Shown here: in pieces, positions 1 through 12,553 of the stretch
Position numbering within the stretch: the stretch's first letter is position 1
Layout of the letters: every line of letters starts with the position of its first letter
Assembly: GCA_029717555.1 (NCBI GenBank)
Contig: JAMDHS010000006.1
Coordinates: 248,001 to 312,000, forward strand
From: Peribolospora baueri
Taxonomy: Eukaryota
Reading direction: 5' to 3'
DNA: 64,000 nucleotides
The notes under the pieces: model-generated
The model's database searches: none
What the model was told of the DNA's origin: nothing
The model's input: only the letters and a program-made list of their open reading frames with translations
Translations under genes and position numbers: made by a program

Positions 1-382
1 GACGGCAGTTAATTTACGCGGTCGCGTCGTCCCTTTCACGCGTCAACGGTTATACGCAATCACGAGCCCGTCAGCTCTTCATGGTGGTTCTCTTTGTGAT
101 ACTTCGGGAGGAGAGCCATATAAGGTGAGTAGGTGTATTTCTTCTGAGAGGACGGACGCTCGGCGTGAATCCATCATCATCTGTCTCTTCACCGTCCTCG
201 AAGGAGCCGGCGAAGATTCGCTCTTGCTGCGGCGCCGATCATGATTATTGCACGCCCAAGTCGATCCCACGTTCGTCGTCGTCGAACCTGGTCCTGTTGA
301 CTAGGTGTGAGGAGGAGCTCTCCCTTCGGCCCGCGATCGTCTTGTTTCCCTCGGCAGCTAATCAGGCAGGCGGACAGGCACC

Positions 383-3300
383 ATGGCGTGCGCCGGTCGA
401 GGCAGTTCGGATGCGACGGCTCTGCTCGACGAGGCATGCCGCGGTGAGTTAGTTAGTGGGCGCCTTGCCGTTCACGAAGACGGAGTCAGACAGACGCTCG
501 ACGTTTGCACGCGGACGGATAGGTGAATAAAAGGTAGATATGCCGGCGCTCAATCTTTGTCTTTCTTGTCCTCGCGGGTTGCTGTGTTTCATTCCGCCCC
601 TCAAGAGCTCAAGCTGGGCCAGATGGTTCATCCAGAAGGGTTTACTCTTTTGGATGCCATGGCCGCCATTGAGGTGAGTGCTTCGTGCGTCGCCGTTTTT
701 GTCTGCCTCTTCATGACACTATGTCATGGCGCGGAGCTTGGTCTGCGGATGTGTAGGAGCGATTATATTCGTAGAATGCTTTCTCATTGGACCGACCTTG
801 CCACCACAACCCTACCAGGTCATGGACCCTCGCATGGATACGGGTGTAGAGCCGGTGCTCGCGCCCGGACAGCCCGCGCCTCCCACGGAAGCGTTTGACC
901 CTCTCAAGCCTCTCCTTCCCGAGGAAGTGCTCTGGGTCATCGAGCGTTCCTTAGCTTGTGAGGTGAGCGCTCTACGTCCACATCTCCGTTTAGCGCCTTT
1001 CCAGGTCCGATCATGGATTTCACCGAGCCCTCTCCTCCCCTCGCTTATGCTCGTAGACGGAATGGCACGCGGGCGCCGCGCTGTCCCAAACGGTGTACAC
1101 ATGTCTCTACGTTCACGACTTTCACTCTCTCGTGCCTGAAGTCTTCGACCACCGAAGGCGCCGACAACGGCAAGGAGAAGGGTCTCCCTCGCACAATGAC
1201 TCTGCAGACAAGGAGACGCAGGACGTCGGTCGGCCTTCGGAGCTCGTGACTTTGGTACTACACTCGTATTTGCTCGCCATGATCAAGAGCTGTGACCTGG
1301 CATGGTGCGAGATGGTCAAGGGAAACATCTACGATGTGAGCTCGCCCCCTCTTAGCCTCAAAGTTGTCCCCTTGCGCCCTTCCATTCCACGCTGACGGGA
1401 GCGCTTGCATGGGCAGGGAGAGGACTTTTCAGGAGATAAGGCCGGTCTGTCGCTCCAGGAGCGTATGCTCGTTGAAGAGGTCGTAGGCGATTTGGAGGAG
1501 GCCCTGGAGTGGCTCGCGTTGTATCCCGGTGAGACTCGATCTGAGCGCCGCGCAGCTCATCCAGGTCGGCTTATCCAACTTATCCATAGTGATGATTTCC
1601 CCGAGGCGACTCTTGTTTGTTTATCTTGGCAGATATCGACGACACCTTGCGACAAAGCCTCACGCTGCACCTCGAGTTTCGCAGAGTAAGTATCTTTGTT
1701 CCTCAGTGCATGGCCACCGAGATCACGACTTCCACCTTCCATGCTCATTCAAAGCCCTTCCCCGCCTGATAAACAGTCCGTCTTGCTCATTTTCTCCGTG
1801 TTCGGCGAAGAAACGCTCACGCACTTCTCCCTCGTCCCTGCCCATCTCGACCGAGCCACTCGCTGCCTCTCCGTCCTTTCCGACCTTTCCATGGCGGGAC
1901 GTCCTCAGTCGAAGGAGGTACCAGGCGTGTTCGATCCCTTCGTATCGAGGAGGCTCGCCTCGCATGTCCCTCTCCAGCCGATCCACTTGCATGGCATGGA
2001 CAAGGCTTGGGACACTTGGAGGACGATGTTGAACGAGATGGCGATGGCGCTGTCTCTGCTCAATAAACCTGATTTCCTTTCTTGGAAGGTAAGTGGTCGG
2101 TCCTCGAATTGGGCAGATCCCGTCGAGTCAGAAGCTGGTCCCACGGGAAAGCTTGGCCGCTCGCATTGCAATCCTGACGGAGGCCGCGCTTTCGCGCAAC
2201 GCAGATGCTATTCAGCAGCAAATCTATCTCTTTGGATGGCGCTCCTCCTCCGCCGCCATTTACCCGCTCTCTCTTTCAAGTGAGCGCCCTTTTGGTAGTC
2301 TTCTTCGCTCAGCGTGTAATCTCTCACTAACATGTCCGGCGTGCCTCCCCCCTCCCCCGTGTTCCGCCCCATTCCTTCTCCCATCGATGTCTCTTTCCTC
2401 TCAGTCTGTTCTCTGCTCTCAGAATCGCGTCGCAGGTCACCTCTCCCTCCAATGGCTTGTAGACGCCTTTTTCGAAGAGACCGCCCTCGTTCCTCCCGGG
2501 CTGCTGACCAGCATCATGGACGGTCCTGATGCGGGAGCGGTCGAAGGCGGACGGCGTCCACCGTCATTAAACGCGCTGCCGGAGACGCTTCGTTTCTTCG
2601 TGCAGAGAGTCGCCGGAGTGAGTGGGCCGCCCTTTGCGCGTCCTGTCCCTGTATCCCGTCGCGTGTTCCGCCACGCTTCAAGCGTTTTTTCTTTTTTTTT
2701 CGTGAGACGTGAACGACTGACAACATCACGATCGTCGCACTCGTTCGTCGCCTGACCCGCCTGGCGCCTATTATAGCACCTCGTGAATTACTTGTCTACG
2801 TTCTGCTTCAACCGGCCCAGACAAAAGCGGGGCTTCGGCAGGTCCGTGAAGTACTGGCAGGGCCTGCTCGACGAGGTGAGCGATGGCGCGGTGCGCTTGA
2901 CATGAGGTTGTTGTTGAAGGCGCTGATTTTGTTCTACCCTGTGTGACTGTCGTACCGAAGGCTGAGGCGCTGGGAGTCGCGGTACAGAAAGCTGTAGCTG
3001 TGAGTGACCGACTCGATCAGCCGGCGCTCGAGTAGCACGACGAGCGCATATCATCGTTCTGACCTCTCCGCGCGCGTCTGTATCCCTACCGGCCTCCCCT
3101 TCTCCAGCCGCGGCCATTCAGCCCGAGCTGCCTGACGCTCCCGATCCGTCACATCCAGCTCTCGTCGATGGTCGAGATGCTCTTCTCCGGGTTCGAGCTC
3201 GAGCTGTACGCACTGCCGGAGTGGACGATGCTGTACTGGTTCGGAGGGGGCTATTTCGATCAGCAGGCGCAGGTGGCTGCCGAGCTGATGGGCAAGATCG

Positions 3301-4424
3301 AGTCGGGTGAATTGGGCTATCCTGGTGAGTTTACCTCAAAATGCGGGCGCGAAAAAGCCATCGCATGTCGGTACCGAGAGGAAGATGGTGCGACCGGGAA
3401 TAGGCTCAACGAAATTGGACCGACTCGCCCGCACAGACCCGGACAAGGTGCAGTCGGCGCTTGGGTACATGAACGCACAGCGGGAATACGCGCTCGCGTT
3501 ATGCGCCATGTGTCGCGGGACGATAGCGGCATTGGTTGCGAGCTCGCGTCCTTGCGCGAAGGACGAGGAGACGATCGGTTTTGAGCGTGCTCGTTACGAG
3601 AGGCGGTTCAAGTGGCTAGCCCCGCCGTCGCCGTCGTCGGCTTCCTCCGTGCTTGGGCAAGGACGAGGGGATCGCCGGTCGACGCGCTTTGAGGAGGATT
3701 GGGCCGTCTTCGACGCTACGAGGGAGGAGTGGGAGGCGAGAGGGGTGAGTCGTAGTCTGTCTTGAGTCCGCGTTCCTTCACCCCGTCGTGTTTGTGTTTG
3801 GCCGCAGCGCTTACGGACGTCGGCTGTTGGACGCGCGCCCGCTCGTCGGTTTTCGAACGTCTTCAATTGACGGATGGCGCGGGCATCCAGGCGATCCCAA
3901 ATCTCCAGGACGCGCGGGATCGCTTCGCAGAGGCCAGGGACGGTCTGAAAAGGTATCGGGCGCTATCGCCAAAGGCGAGTCGGACGGAGCTCTGCGAGGC
4001 GCAGGACGACGCGGTGAGTGACACATGTGGTGTGGGGAGTGAATGGCCTACGGAGGCATGTCGCAATCGTCTCATCCGTCCGCTCATCGTCCGCCCGCCG
4101 CACCTCCTGCCTTCCTATTTCATCTTCGCCCGACCGATCGATCGACCGACCGACTGATCACCGACGGCGCCCGGCCGCTGCGCAAAGACGGTGGGAAAGC
4201 TGGTCGAGACGTGCGACGGGAGCGTGCGCTCCCTCGATGACGCGCTGGTCAATGCGTCGTCGGAGAGGACGAGCAAAGGCGACGACGCGGACCTCCTCCT
4301 CCACCTCCTCCTCGTCCGTCGCCCGTGCGGGGAAGCAGACGAGCGCCACCACCCGTGGTTCCCGACGTTTGGCGCTGTCGTCAGAAGCTCGGTCGGCTCG
4401 GAGGAGGGACGGACGGATGGATAA
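383..4424 (+). CDS. MAK10: NatC N-terminal acetyltransferase auxiliary subunit (Mak10/NAA35), multi-exon; start approximate
   Basis: Spliced exons give DATALLDEAC..ELKLGQMVHPEGFTLLDAMAAIE/VMDPRMDTG..PLKPLLPEEVLWVIERSLACE, ..YTCLYVH.., GNIYD/GEDFSGDK, LFSGFELELYALPEW, ..RYERRFKWL and a C-terminal HHPWFP. These are characteristic Mak10 motifs, with GTGAG donors at the exon ends. Confidence 0.9.
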
Positions 4425-4747
4425 AAAGAGTCTGTCCTGTCCGTACGGCGATCCGAAGACGCGGTGGAGCGCTTCTGAGTAGTGTAAAGAGATAGACGAG
4501 ACGAGACGAGACGAGACGATACAGACAGACGTACGTTCGCAAATCTAATCTCACGCACAGCACAGCGTCCCCGTTCCCGTCCCCGTTCGTTCACGCCCGC
4601 GTCCCCTCCTCGGTCCTCCTTTTCGACGGACGGCTCCGATTCTTTGCGTTTGGCTTGGTTGGACGAGTATTATTGGGATTTACACTACAGAGATGGAAAG
4701 ATAGACTATATAAATCATATTCAGTGCCACTTAATGGCATACAGAAA

Positions 4748-4960
4748 GAGGGGAATGGTCTGCTTAAGGGAGAATTGGTCTACTTAAGAGAAGATGGTTT
4801 AAGTGGGGAATGGCCTGCGTCACTTCTACTTATAGAGGGAATGTCTACTTATAGAGGGAATGGTCTACTTAAGAGAGGAATGGTCTGCGTCTAAGAGGCT
4901 GGTCCGCGTCCAAGAAGGGGGAGGGGAGGGGAGCGAGGGATGGTCTGCGTCACTTGGGGC
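4748..4960. repeat. Degenerate AT-rich tandem repeat, unit ~19-21 bp (GGGAATGGTCTACTTAAGAGA-like)
   Basis: About 7 imperfect copies of (g)gaatggtct(a/g)ctta(a/t)ag in an AT-rich patch within otherwise GC-rich DNA. Confidence 0.75.
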
Positions 4961-7169
4961 GTCAGAGGGTTCGGGCTCCATTTCATCCTTGGTCTCTTAG
5001 GAAGAGGATTCCTCCTGCCGTCCTTGGTCCCCTCGGGGAGAAGCCTGCTTCCATTCTCGTTGAGGGGAAGAAAGGGGAGGGGAGGGGCGGGTGTGAAGGG
5101 AGATGTCCAGACGACGAACGGGCGAATTGCTCATTTTCTGAGCCCCGCGGGTGTGCCGCAAACTCGCCTTTCCATCTTCGAGGACAACTATCGTTCACAC
5201 AAGTTTTTCACTCTCCAAGTCCCGGGACGTGGACAAACTTTTTTTCCGATTCCGTCCCGGACAGTATGAGTATAACTGATGTTTGCTCCCGTCGTCGCTT
5301 ACTGTGCACCAAAAGCCACCGCCCGCTAATGCCGCCGTTGCCCTCTGAACGGTTTGTTTTGTCCCACAGGTGGGGTTTTGTGACCGAGACCGTGGGGCGG
5401 GAGGGAAGGCATGAGAAGCCCGAGATTGTGCCGCAGGGTGGGAAATGAAGGTGTTCAGGGCAACGCATTGGTGGTAAGAAGGCCTCGTGTGCGGGAACGA
5501 TATCGGGAGCGACGGGCGGCAAGCAAGCTGAAGCGGTGGTGGTGCATGAGGGCGGCCCAGGCCCAAGATCTGTGTGAGAAGGGCGAACTGGCGGAAGCGG
5601 TAGCGGTGCGGTGATGGCGGCCCAGGTCGAGTTCTGTGTAAGACCATGGACGTTATACTGGTATAGTATGGACAAAGTCTTCGTTTCCAAGAGCGAAGTC
5701 CTGACTCGCTCAAAAACACTCACTTGATATGCAGCAGGTATGTATCCAGCCAGGAGCACGTCTCAATCAGGCGCGCTGCAGTGGTAAAGATGCCGAAGAT
5801 TCAGGCTTTGAGATGAGAGTAGGCGCAGGTTCTGATGGAGTGGGTGGAATGGTGTGCGGGTTATGGAAGGACGAGGGCGGCTTGCCGGTCATGGTTATGG
5901 AGTAGAAGGAGAACGGCTTGTGGAGAAGAAGGCTTGTGGAGTGGGGATGGAGAGAAGGGCGGGAAAGGGAGCCCTTCTTATCATTTCTCTCTCTGCCTCG
6001 ACGACCGCTCTTCGTCCATGGCGAGGACATTTGCTGAGTGTGAAGGAGACAACGTCTCTCGCCCGAATGCGAATGGGACGATATCCGACTCGGGGTAGAA
6101 TGACAAGGCCTCGACGTTAGTGAGCGCAAGCGAATCCGGAGTTCTCAATCCAAATGGAACATTGCAAGACAAGGTTGTTGAACCGAAAAGAGCGAGGGCC
6201 AGGTGCAACGAAATGAGGTTTCGCTGTACCGGAAGGAGCGACGAGAGGAGGAGTTTGCGTGTGCAAACAAAACAAGGTTGTTGTACCAGAAGGAGCGACA
6301 AGAAGACGTGCGCATGCGATTCCGTCACGCCTCGATCAGGCACATGCCAGCCGGTTCCGGAGGGCAACCCGGTTGTGATTGTGCAAGTGAGTACTAGGGT
6401 CGTTCTTGCCGCTTGCTAGCGTACCGCTCGTTCCAGACGAGCTAGGAAGACGAGGCGCCAGAGCCAGTCGGGGCCAACGTTGCGAGATTTTGCGTCCGGG
6501 ATGGGTATTTTTTTTTCCTATTACGCGGAGCAACAGAAACAACGATAAATGAAATTTAAAATGGGGCAGGTGAAGAAGACAGATGCCCGCCTGGGGCAAT
6601 GTGAAGAAGAAAAGAATGGGGCGGGCGGAAAGGAGCGCCGAAGTGCGCGAGACGAAGAGGAAGAGAGAGGGAAGGAAAAGAAGAGAAGAGGCGAGAGAGG
6701 GGATAATACCCCCCGGACAGCGAGGCGAGATGCTTCGGAGACGATTGAAACGTCTTGAATGAAACCTTGGTTCATCGGAAAATCAAGTTACGTTTTAAGG
6801 GAATTTTCTATTACAAGGAGTTGGCGCAGAAGTTGGGAAAATTCAGAGCCCCTTGAGCCGAACGGAACCCAAAGGCGAGCATTCCCTGCGTGGGGCTGGA
6901 CGCAGCGATGCCAGATGACACCCCTCTCGACGATCGTCATCCCTAGTGTCCTCATTCCAGACGGATCGCCCATTCCCCACAAGAGTGCTGAGCTCCAATG
7001 GGACCTCCAGGGCCCAGGATCCAGGGGCACCAATTGGTACCCGTTGCGATCTACTGAACGTAAGTAAGGAAGGCGAAAAAGAAAAGAAAGGCCAAGTTGA
7101 AAATCTTCGCTAGTGGACGGACGGACTCGACGGAATGGACGAGAAAAGAAAAGAAGAAGAGAAGAGGGC

Positions 7170-7205
7170 GGAAGGAAGGAAGGAAGGAAGGAAGGAAGGA
7201 AGGAA
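7170..7205. repeat. (GGAA)n microsatellite
   Basis: Directly visible run ggaaggaaggaagg. Confidence 0.9.
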
Positions 7206-8675
7206 GTAAGGGCGAGCGGAGCAGGTTTGGAGACGCTGATGGAGACGGAGATCGGGGCAGGTACGTTTCCCGTCCAACGACCGCCCGCCAAGGATGATAA
7301 CCTCAACAACAACGCAAGTAAAGACGAAGAAAGGAAAGTCAAAAGGATAGGACGTTTTTCTCGTGACAACTTTTAATTTTTTGTGGTATTTTTCTTCCTT
7401 CGTCGGGAGACGTGTTTCTTCGAGGGAGAGGCAAACGATGAGCAAGTGTCCGGATACGTATACGACGAGAGCGACGAGCGAGCGAGCGAGCCAGGCTGGA
7501 GGAGAGCGATGGACGGACGGGGGCGAAGGGAGGATAGAACGAGGGAAGGAGCGACTGGAGCGACTGGGGGAGACGAGGAGGGGAAGAAAGAGAGAAGGAA
7601 AGCGGAAGGGAAAGAAAAAAAAAGAAATAGAGAGAAAAAAAAAGTTTCTGGACGGCGTCGAAAGGCGCGTGCTCCCTCGGCCTCTTTATCTCGCTCGTCG
7701 ACCGCATGCATCCGACCGACGTGACCGACGTGACCGAAGCCAAGCGGAGACGAGGGGGACGACGACGACGACGAGATTAGGCGGAAAAGAGGGAGACGTG
7801 CGAGGCGAGTGGAACAGAGCAGAACGCTCCACCTATCTCGCCAACTGACGACAACACACGTCCACGGGCTAGGAAGGCTGCCCGTCGCGTTCGAATTGCC
7901 CTCGGCAACCGAACCGACTCGCGTCGGTCGGCCAGAGAGAGGGCAAAGACGGCTGCTCGACGCCCCGCCACGCCCTTTACATCTCGGTACGCCCGTCCAT
8001 CCCCCATCTCCGCGCGTTGGCAGGAAACGGGAGCGGATAAGGGGAAGCGTACCGAGGCTTTCAAGAGGCGTGGACGTGATAGCGGAGACTGACGACCGAC
8101 AAACCCGACAGGCGAAGCCTCGGCTCTTGTCTCCCTTCTTTCCCCCTTCTCTTCCTCCTCCTCCTTCATCCGGGAAGGAAAGGAAAAAAAAAAAGGGGGA
8201 AGAAGGAAACAGGCACCGCAACCGAAGGTCCTCACGCACGCACGCGAAAGCGAAGAAAAAAGCAATCGCGCGCGCGCCCCCGCCCGGCCCACGCCAAACC
8301 CCCTTAACGGGTGGAGAGAGAAGGAGGCGGCGAGAGGCGATGGGGGTACGGGGACGGGGGAGAGGAGCAAGATCGTCGGGACGATCAAAGTCGCATCGGA
8401 TGCGCCCAGCCCGGCTCCGACGCTATAATTGTTCGTCGTCGTCCCGGGAAGGGGAAGACGATGATCGAACGAGCGTGTGCGGAGACTGGGGTTGGGGGTG
8501 GTGGGGGGGGTTGCGCCGCCTCTGTGAGAGAGGCATGCGCACCGCGGTGGAGAGGCTGTGGGGATACGAACGAAACGCCTCCGCGGTCAGCCTCGTCCTC
8601 GCGATCGACGGCGACCGACGACGGGAGGCGACTAACCATGTAATCTTCAGAAAAGAAGGATCATCGCGTGCCTCT

Positions 8676-10483
8676 TCAGCCGCCGGACTTTACGATCGAC
8701 GTGGCTCCTTCGGCCCGGTCAGCGGAGCCGGCGCCGGCGGCTTGCTTGGAGGAGCGCGGGACGTTGTGGATAGATTGGATGTGGCGATGGAGGTCGTGCT
8801 CTGCAGATGGAAAGGAGACCCAAAGTCAGCACGCGACTCGAAAGTGCGACGGACAATCGGCTCGGCTCAGGGGGCCGACTCACTGCGCGCGAATCCCCTA
8901 TTTCCGCAACCGCGGTGCTCGCACACGAACGGCTTGGCCCGGTTGGGATCGTGTGTCTCAAAATGGGTGCCGAGGTTAAACTGTCTCGCGAAGGCGCGGC
9001 CGCAGCCGGGGTGTGGGCAGGCGAAGCGCTTTGGCAGGCCGGGGCCAGCAGAAGGTTTGCGGTCCGTGGGGGTCGAGACGGCGGCCGAGTCGGTCGAATC
9101 GCCGTCGTCGCCGTCCGAGGGGGACGGCGAGGAAGAGCCGCTCGAGTGGCCGCCGGTGGCGGACGAGGAGGCGCGCTCACGGCGGCGCACGGCGAGCGAG
9201 GGCGGCGGCTTGGGCACAGCGGCGGTCTTGGCGATGGAAGAGTGGGAGGAGGACCTCTTCTTGCCGCCGTCGACGGACGCGGCGACACGCTTGTTGAGGC
9301 GGACGTTGGTCGCGGCGACGAGGTCTTCGGCGGTGGAGACGCTGTCGATGGTACTGCTCGGAGCGGGGCTGGGCGTGCTGCCGTAGCTGGAGGCGCCGTC
9401 TTCGGTGGAGCCGGGCTGACGGGCGGCCGGGGAGGTCAGGCTGGCCAGCAAGTCGGCCATCGCGGCGTCGTGAAAAAGCGGACGGAACGGACTCGGGCCC
9501 GCGGTCGCACCTGTGCCTCCGACGCTGGGCTGGCTTAGAGAGCGGGTGTGACCGTGGGGAGGAGCGTGGGAGAAGGGGACGCTGGCGGCGAAGGCGGCGA
9601 AGATTTCGGGCGAGAGACCGGAGAGGGAGAGAGAGCGTGAAGTGGCCATGGGCGCGAGCGAAGGGGCGGACGGGACGTCGGTGGGGACGTCGGACATGAC
9701 GTTGAGCGCAGCAGGATTGATGGGCATGGCGCCGGCGGAACGAGGCTGGGCGAAGGACGGGCCGAGGGCGAGGTGAGGCTGGAAGGCGGCATGAGCGGGG
9801 GCAGAAGGAAGGCCGTGGGCGGACATGGTGCCGAGGGAAAAGGGGGCCAAGCCGTGGAGCGGGGAGGGCACGGCGGCGGGGAGGGAGCGGGAAAGAAGGG
9901 ACATGATGTCGACGGAAGGGTCACCAGGAGGGAGGGCGCGATGGTGGTGATGGGTGAGGTTGGTGAAGAGGGAAGCGTCCGTGTTGGCGTCGTCGAGGTC
10001 GAGGTCGAGGACGGTGGTCACGTCGAGGTCGGCGTCGGCGTCGGCGTCGCTGGCACTGGAGGTTGATTGTCCGTCGGCGCTCGAGAGTGGGCTTTGAAGT
10101 ACGGGGGGGAAGGTCAAGGCGGAGGCGGTGTAGAGGTCTTCACCGAGGATGACAGGCTGGACGGCCGAGCTGAGCTGGCGATGGACGCCGGCGTGCTCGG
10201 CTGGCTGGGCGAAGGGGAAGGCGAGCCCGGCGGTTTCGTGGGCGGTGAGGAGGGCGAGGAGACGAGCTTGCTGGTCGTCGAAGGAGGTAGCGGAGGCGGT
10301 GGGCGGGGGAGGATGGGGTTGGTGGTGATGAGACTGGAGCAGGGTCGAGCGCGGGTGGTAGTGGTCTGGGTTCTGAAGCTCGGCGTAGGTGGGCTGGGCG
10401 TCGGTGCGGGCAGGTATAGGTATGTCGGGAGGATCCTTGCGGTGTTGAGCGAGGAGGAAAGGCTCAGTGAGGGTCCTGAACAT
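8676..10483 (-). CDS. C2H2 zinc-finger transcription factor (two C-terminal fingers); exons 10483-8884 and 8800-8676
   Basis: FACPHPGCGRAFARQFNLGTHFETH-DPNRAKPFVCEHRGCGNRGFAR, then GT-AG intron 8883-8801 restores KHDLHRHIQSIH. Stop TGA at 8678-8676. The N-terminus is long and low-complexity. Confidence 0.92.
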
Positions 10484-12432
10484 GTATGTGCCTGGGATGG
10501 TGGGAGCGGTGAGCAGAAGGGAGGATGGCTTGGAAGGTGGTGGTGTGTGTATGCGTATGTGTATGTGTATGTGTATGCGATGGAAGGGTGGTGACGGGGA
10601 CGGGGATGGTGGCGAGGAAGAGAAAGAAAGGGAGAGATGAGGTTTTCTTTCTATCCCCTCGCTTCTCTTGCGATGCGAAGCGAAGCGAAGCGCCGGTCCG
10701 ATGTGGCACAGCGGCTAGCGGCTGGTCTCGGCCCCGCCTCGGGACCGTCGGCGGCGTTGTGAGCGCGGGCGTGTTTCTCTTCTTTCATCATTCATTCTGA
10801 GGGACGAGCGAATGGAGAGCGACAGCTAGCTGCCATGCAGCGGGCCCAGGGCGGTGCGACGCCGGGGATGGACGGGAAGGGCAGGCTGGATATCCAGGAT
10901 GGAAGAGGGGGAAGGAACAAGAAAGAGGGCGCACAGCCTCGGCGAAGAAGCACGCAAGACGACGGAGGGAACGAAGGATAGAAGGAAGGGACGGGTCGTC
11001 GTCGAACGGCCACTTCAACGCCCATTTGAATTCCATTCTAATCGGAGTCGTCATCTTTCTATTCTCGTCGCCCTCCCTCCTTTATTCGCCCTCCTGCTGC
11101 GCACAGGGACCAGGAACGCCGTCGGATCGTCGGAGACAGGCGGCGGCAAGACGGAGATAGACGGAGATAGACGGCCGACGGCGACGAGGAGCGGGCGGCC
11201 ATGACGACGCCCGTCCGCTCGCTCTCTGTCCGTCCCTGTCTCTGTCTCTTGGCGCCTCGGAGGGCGTCTTGGCGAGGGGCACCGCTGGGCTAGGACGAGC
11301 GCGACAGAGGGGACGAACGGACGGCTGTGCCAAGACAAATCGCTGGCTCGCTAGAACGCGCTCAGAAGATCTTTTTCTTCCCTCGGCCGAGGCGGGAGGA
11401 TATGTACGCAAGAGGCCAGCCAGCCTCCGTCCGTCTCGACCTCATCGACGAGCTACCGTCGTCCGTCATGTGCGTAGGATAGGGACCGGCCGGCCGTCTG
11501 CATGGACCGAGGCGTCTTGTCCTGCCCTGACCACGAACGACCACACGGGACAGGACTGCACTTCGCTGGACGGACTCGGCGTCGACGACGACGGCCCAGT
11601 GGACTCCTTCCACAAACAGGTGCGCCCGTCCCCGATCCATCCACCTATCTATCTATCAATCTATCAATCTATCAATCTTCCTGGCCTTGGCTTTCGTCGT
11701 TTCGGAGTCGTCGGCGTGAGCGTGAACGTGGACGAGAACGTGGGACGACGACGACGGGCGCTGTCAAAACGAGAAGACGGCGGGCCGAGTGGCGGCCGTT
11801 AGTGGGGCTCGCTAGCGATCCGCGCTCTAAGAAGAAGCCGCGACCGTCGCTCGACCTCGCCTTCGCATCCATCGCCTGGCCGAGCATGGCCAGAATAGAC
11901 TGAATAAAGAATAATAAAGAAGCTTTATATTGGAACATACACATCCGCGCGCACCATTGCCGCTCCTCTGTTAACAATACCGATCATGTTGAATAGACCA
12001 CCCAAACCATTATTAACGCTACGCTCCACGCTTTGTCCTCCCGCCGTCCGGGCCTAATGCCCAGCCGCAGCCAGTCTAGCGACGAGCCAAGGATCGTCGC
12101 CATCCGTCCATCCATCCGCCTTTCCTCCCTCCCGCCTTTCTTCCTCCTCCTCCTCCTTTCCACCGTCCGCCCGTCCGAAAGATCTCCATCTCGCCTTCAA
12201 GCCATCCACCCCGTCTTCCTTCTTCCTCCTCCCCCGACCCCCTCCACCCCCTTCCTCCTCCGCGTCCTCCAAGCGACCCCCACGCTCTTTTCCACCCCAC
12301 TCTCCCTCTCCCTCTGCCTCCTCGCCCTCCCCTCCCGTTCGGCCCTCTCTCCCTCGTAGCCCGTCAGCTCTCCCTTTCGCTTCTCATCGTGAGTACGCTC
12401 TTCCGACGCGCATGTCGCCCGGCGCGACGCAC

Positions 12433-12442
12433 GGATGGATGG

Positions 12443-12475
<33 letters not shown>

Positions 12476-12476
12476 C
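12433..12476. repeat. (GGAT)n microsatellite upstream of the expansin-like gene
   Basis: Directly visible. Confidence 0.9.
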
Positions 12477-12553
12477 GCTCCCTCCAACGACAGTTCACTC
12501 ACACTGCTCCTACCTCGCACCACGACTTCACGTCCAGACACCCTTCAGCCCTC

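Noticed and set aside
6165..6302. CRISPR array or tandem pheromone precursor
   Set aside because: The context is eukaryotic, the repeats are degenerate with short irregular spacers, there are no cas genes, and there is no in-frame CAAX repeat.
6830..7065. RNase P RNA (GGGAAAATTCAGAG), U1-like TACTTAC, or a box C/D snoRNA
   Set aside because: I found no complementary CR-V/P4 strand, no U1 body and no convincing terminal stem or guide sequence.
7809..9538. Long plus-strand ORFs (525 aa, 243 aa)
   Set aside because: They are antisense shadows of the GC-rich C2H2 gene and its 3' region, with no domain-like content.
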